DNA of 18,913 nt from Deinococcales bacterium (GTDB lineage Bacteria; Deinococcota; Deinococci; Deinococcales; JAAFIG01): the NCBI GenBank assembly GCA_031414595.1, contig JANNVX010000085.1, forward strand, positions 1 to 18,913, in the 5' to 3' direction. Position 1 is the first letter of the stretch. Each line of letters starts with the position of its first letter. The translations under genes and the position numbers were made by a program. This document shows, one piece after another, positions 16,199-18,913 of the stretch. The notes beneath the pieces were generated by a model. The model worked only from the letters and a program-made list of their open reading frames with translations, was not told where the DNA came from and made no database searches.

Positions 16199-16389
16199 CC
16201 CTCCTAAAAAAAAGCAACTCGAGTATCAGCAATACCTCGAGAATCCAAAAATCAATGGCTTGCGCTTTGGCTCGAGCCTAATGCGTGGACAAATTCGGCT
16301 CGAGAATGAACCTTTTGCTGAGCGTGGGATTCGCTGGTGGATTAAGCAAAAAGAGAATTCACGCCTCGAGAAGCAGTAAACTATCATCT

Positions 16390-16632
16390 GTGAATAAGTA
16401 CCAAATGCCGCCACTAACCGCCCTTCGTTTTGCCATGCTGGCAGTGCTGGCAGGGCTTTTAATTGCTTTAATGCTGGGTGTGGCTGTGCCACGAGTGGCG
16501 ATTGTGATTCTAATTTTGGCTCAGGGTGGGCTGCGCTATTACACCAACCGAACCGACCCTAAATTGCGAAACTCGAGTCTGTTTCAATTGCTGGTCTCGG
16601 CGGTGCTTGGCTATCTCATTCTGACCAGTTAA
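16390..16632 (+). CDS. Small multi-pass membrane protein (~80 aa)
   Basis: Three hydrophobic segments. In-frame GTG at 16390 lies 7 nt after TAAACT (ATG 16405 is the alternative). Confidence 0.65.
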   Translation: MNKYQMPPLTALRFAMLAVLAGLLIALMLGVAVPRVAIVILILAQGGLRYYTNRTDPKLRNSSLFQLLVSAVLGYLILTS

Positions 16633-16640
16633 ACTGTTTT

Positions 16641-17516
16641 ATGCCCGAAGATTGGTTAGGTCATTTATCTCGAGCCTCGAGCGCAGTGCTGAGTCAAATT
16701 GGTTCAGTGGTTGGCAAAGCCCCGCTTGAAATCATCAACGCCAGTGTCAACCGCAACGCCTTTGAAGCCCATGAAAACCTCAAGTACGGCTTACTCGAGC
16801 GGCAGTGCTTGGATTTATTTGTTGTGCCAAATACCCTTGGCACACTGGTTTTTGTGCATGGTGGCTACTGGGATGCAGGCAATAAAGAAGAGTATTTATT
16901 TGTGGCGGAAAACCTCTGCTTGGCTGGTTTTAGTGTGGCAATTATCAATTACCGCCTCGCCCCAGAAGGTGTTTTTCCAAAGATGATGCAGGATTTAGCC
17001 TTGGCGGTGCAGTGGTTACGGCGTGAATTACCTATTTATGGTGTGACCTCGAGCAACCTAGGCTTACTTGGGCATTCGGCAGGGGCGCAGATGATTGCGC
17101 TGTTATGTGTTACGCCAGTTCACCTCGAGCGTGTGGGCTTAACCCGCGAGGTGATTAAAGCCAGTGTTGGCATGGCAGGACCGTATGATTTTTTGGAATG
17201 GCTCGAGACCGACGAACGCGCCCAGAAAGCCATGGGCGCACGAGAGCAGTGGCTGGAGACCCAACCCGCCCTGATTGCCGATGGTAAAAACCCGCCGATG
17301 TTACTGCTGCATGGGGCTAAAGATACGCTGTGCAGTCCAGCCCACGCGCCACGCCTCGCCCATGAAATCAGGTTAAAAGGCGGGAATGTAGACTGGAAAG
17401 CCTACGAAAACCTAGACCATTTTCGGATTATTGGCGCGTTTTCCAAACTGATTCGGTGGCTCGAGCCAAAGGTTTTGGATGATACAGTTGCCTTTTTTAA
17501 GCAGCATTTTCGCTAA
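16641..17516 (+). CDS. Alpha/beta hydrolase (HSL-like carboxylesterase / arylformamidase-like)
   Basis: HGGYW oxyanion motif, NYRLAP, GHSAG nucleophile, HG.KD and a C-terminal His. Confidence 0.92.
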   Translation: MPEDWLGHLSRASSAVLSQIGSVVGKAPLEIINASVNRNAFEAHENLKYGLLERQCLDLFVVPNTLGTLVFVHGGYWDAGNKEEYLFVAENLCLAGFSVAIINYRLAPEGVFPKMMQDLALAVQWLRRELPIYGVTSSNLGLLGHSAGAQMIALLCVTPVHLERVGLTREVIKASVGMAGPYDFLEWLETDERAQKAMGAREQWLETQPALIADGKNPPMLLLHGAKDTLCSPAHAPRLAHEIRLKGGNVDWKAYENLDHFRIIGAFSKLIRWLEPKVLDDTVAFFKQHFR

Positions 17517-17604
17517 GGACAGTCTCGAGATAAGATGAACATCCAAGGTTTACACGTAGCATTTCGAGTTCAATTTTTGGGAAACGACTCCCATCTTGTA
17601 CCCA

Positions 17605-17660
17605 AGCCTCAAGCCACTGACAAAGCAGTTGGTTTGAGGCTAACTGCTGCATTTGCAGTT
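17605..17660. other. Two adjacent intergenic hairpins
   Basis: AGCCTCAAGCCACTG (17605-17619) / CAGTTGGTTTGAGGCT (17626-17641), then AACTGC / GCAGTT (17642-17660). No clear U-tract. Confidence 0.45.
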
Positions 17661-17697
17661 GTAAGTGGATAAATCAAAGTGGCTTTGATACCCTATA

Positions 17698-17726
17698 TTG
17701 ACTTTTGATGTACCCCATTGTAGACT
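17698..17726 (+). promoter_or_regulatory. Sigma-70-type promoter for a leaderless padR transcript
   Basis: TTGACT-17 bp-TAGACT, then 6 nt to ATG 17733; no SD. Confidence 0.75.
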
Positions 17727-17732
17727 TTCAAT

Positions 17733-18029
17733 ATGCGTATGACTTTTGAGACTCTAAAAGTTCTTAATATCTTTCTCGAGAACCTAGACGAACCACAGTA
17801 TGGACTCGAGATAACCAAAGCCACTGGCGTTCAAGCTGGCACGTTGTACCCTATTTTGATGCGGCTCGAGACCAATAAATGGCTCTCGAGTGACTGGGAA
17901 GATATTGACCCCGTAAAAGCAGGTAGACGACCACGCCGCTATTATACAATTACAGATTTAGGACAGCGTGAAGCATTAAAAGCGCAAAGAGAACTTTTGC
18001 AGCCGAAACTAGGAGTTATTCATGTCTGA
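17733..18029 (+). CDS. PadR-family transcriptional regulator
   Basis: YGLEI...GTLYPIL.RLE...WL.S.WE...GRRPRRYY.IT..G motif. Confidence 0.93.
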   Translation: MRMTFETLKVLNIFLENLDEPQYGLEITKATGVQAGTLYPILMRLETNKWLSSDWEDIDPVKAGRRPRRYYTITDLGQREALKAQRELLQPKLGVIHV

Positions 18030-18621
18030 ACTTTTAGCTTTTTTGCTTGGCTTACTTACCAATGAAGTAGGTGAGGTTGCACCTTGGTTAGCGAAACGCA
18101 TTATCCGTTTTTATGTTGGATTTTTGCCGAAGGAAAGCCAGTTACGCTACCGTGAAGAATTTTTTGCTGAAATTGAAAATGTGCCTGGAAGTCTAACAAA
18201 ACTGCTTTACACCTTAAAAATTTTAAGTACAGTAATAAGTCAAGTTCAGGCATTACAGTCCTCAGAATCCGATTCTAAAACTTCTGCACGTAATTCATCT
18301 CTTCAACTCCAAAGAGTTTTTATAATTGTCTGTACCATAGTCGTGAATGTGGCATTACATGGTTATGATTCATCTGAGCAGCGTTACACAACAAACATCA
18401 TGATTGTGGTTACCTTATTTATAAATTATCTGGTTGCAGCTTTGATGTGGAATTATGCAACTAGGGGAAAGTGGAAAGAAATTCATTCCATCAGTACCGA
18501 GTTAGATTTAATTTCCACAAAGCTCGAAGCCGCAAAAGCAACACCTGAAGACTTGAAGTCCGTAAATGAACTGAAGGCACGATTAATTGAAGTCCGAAAA
18601 TCGTACAAGTTCCGATTTTAA
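18022..18621 (+). CDS. PadR-associated membrane protein (soluble N-terminal domain, two TM helices)
   Basis: SD AGGAG; overlaps padR. PWLA.RII......LP.....RY.EE..AE N-terminal motif and two hydrophobic segments. Confidence 0.75.
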   Translation: MSELLAFLLGLLTNEVGEVAPWLAKRIIRFYVGFLPKESQLRYREEFFAEIENVPGSLTKLLYTLKILSTVISQVQALQSSESDSKTSARNSSLQLQRVFIIVCTIVVNVALHGYDSSEQRYTTNIMIVVTLFINYLVAALMWNYATRGKWKEIHSISTELDLISTKLEAAKATPEDLKSVNELKARLIEVRKSYKFRF

Positions 18622-18683
18622 TTTATCTGGCAATTACCAAAAGAAGCACCAATAAACAACACCGCCAAAACTAGGAGTTATTC

Positions 18684-18803
18684 ATGTCTAAATACTTTGC
18701 AGCTTTACTAGGTCATGTTACCGATGAGGTCAAGGGAATTTTACCCTGGTTAGCTGAACGATTGATTCGATGGATTATTAGACGTTATCGGAAATTAGGA
18801 TAA
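18684..18803 (+). pseudogene. Truncated paralogue of the 18022 gene (MSKYFAALLGHVTDEVKGILPWLAERLIRWII...)
   Basis: Aligns to MSELLAFLLGLLTNEVGEVAPWLAKRIIRF and shares a 22-nt identical start region. Similarity is lost where the IS begins. Confidence 0.75.
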
Positions 18804-18913
18804 ACTATTCGAGTGCTGCATTACGACAAACTCGTCAAGAATAAAACTCGCTTCTTAGCCCTGACTGGACTAACCAAAAAAGAATTCCAAGCCTTACTTC
18901 CATACTTTCAAGA
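18781..18913 (+). mobile_element. Left end of an IS5-family (ISL2-like, HTH_Tnp_4) element; transposase starts at GTG 18813 and runs off the window
   Basis: Translation MLHYDKLVKNKTRFLALTGLTKKEFQALLPYFQ matches the F..LTGL...EF..L N-terminus of these transposases. TAAACT is 6 nt upstream. The left boundary is approximate. Confidence 0.7.

Noticed and set aside
1-18913. CRISPR array or cas genes
   Set aside because: No regularly spaced 25-45-nt repeats or cas-like ORFs; the CTCGAG copies are irregularly spaced hexamers.

Overview
About 46% GC bacterial window. Deinococcota is my inference, from pervasive leaderless -10 promoters and roughly 95 copies of CTCGAG counted by eye. Both ends carry partial IS5-family elements. 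From left to right it holds: an unannotated ~210-nt minus-strand transcript unit (17-nt complement of the 16S rRNA 3' end, mini-ORF, structured domain, terminator); a PfkB kinase; an AT-rich orphan membrane protein; a SurA/PrsA-type foldase with a PEGA-like tail; tRNA-Arg(CCG) with a duplicated 3' end; and an aldo/keto reductase. Next is a tightly coupled 7-gene operon: an SDR, a PqqD/RRE protein with a leader-peptide-like C-terminal tail, an HprK-like kinase, three GT2 glycosyltransferases and a degenerate nucleotidyltransferase. The right half has a secreted PPC-like protein, an XRE-cupin regulator with a peptide/nickel-type ABC transporter lacking ATPases, a cyclophilin, a ParE-type toxin-antitoxin pair, an esterase, and a PadR plus membrane-protein module with a truncated duplicate. 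The two best candidates for novelty are the cyclase-less RRE-precursor/kinase/glycosyltransferase operon and the anti-16S small transcript. No searches were run, so novelty is unverified.
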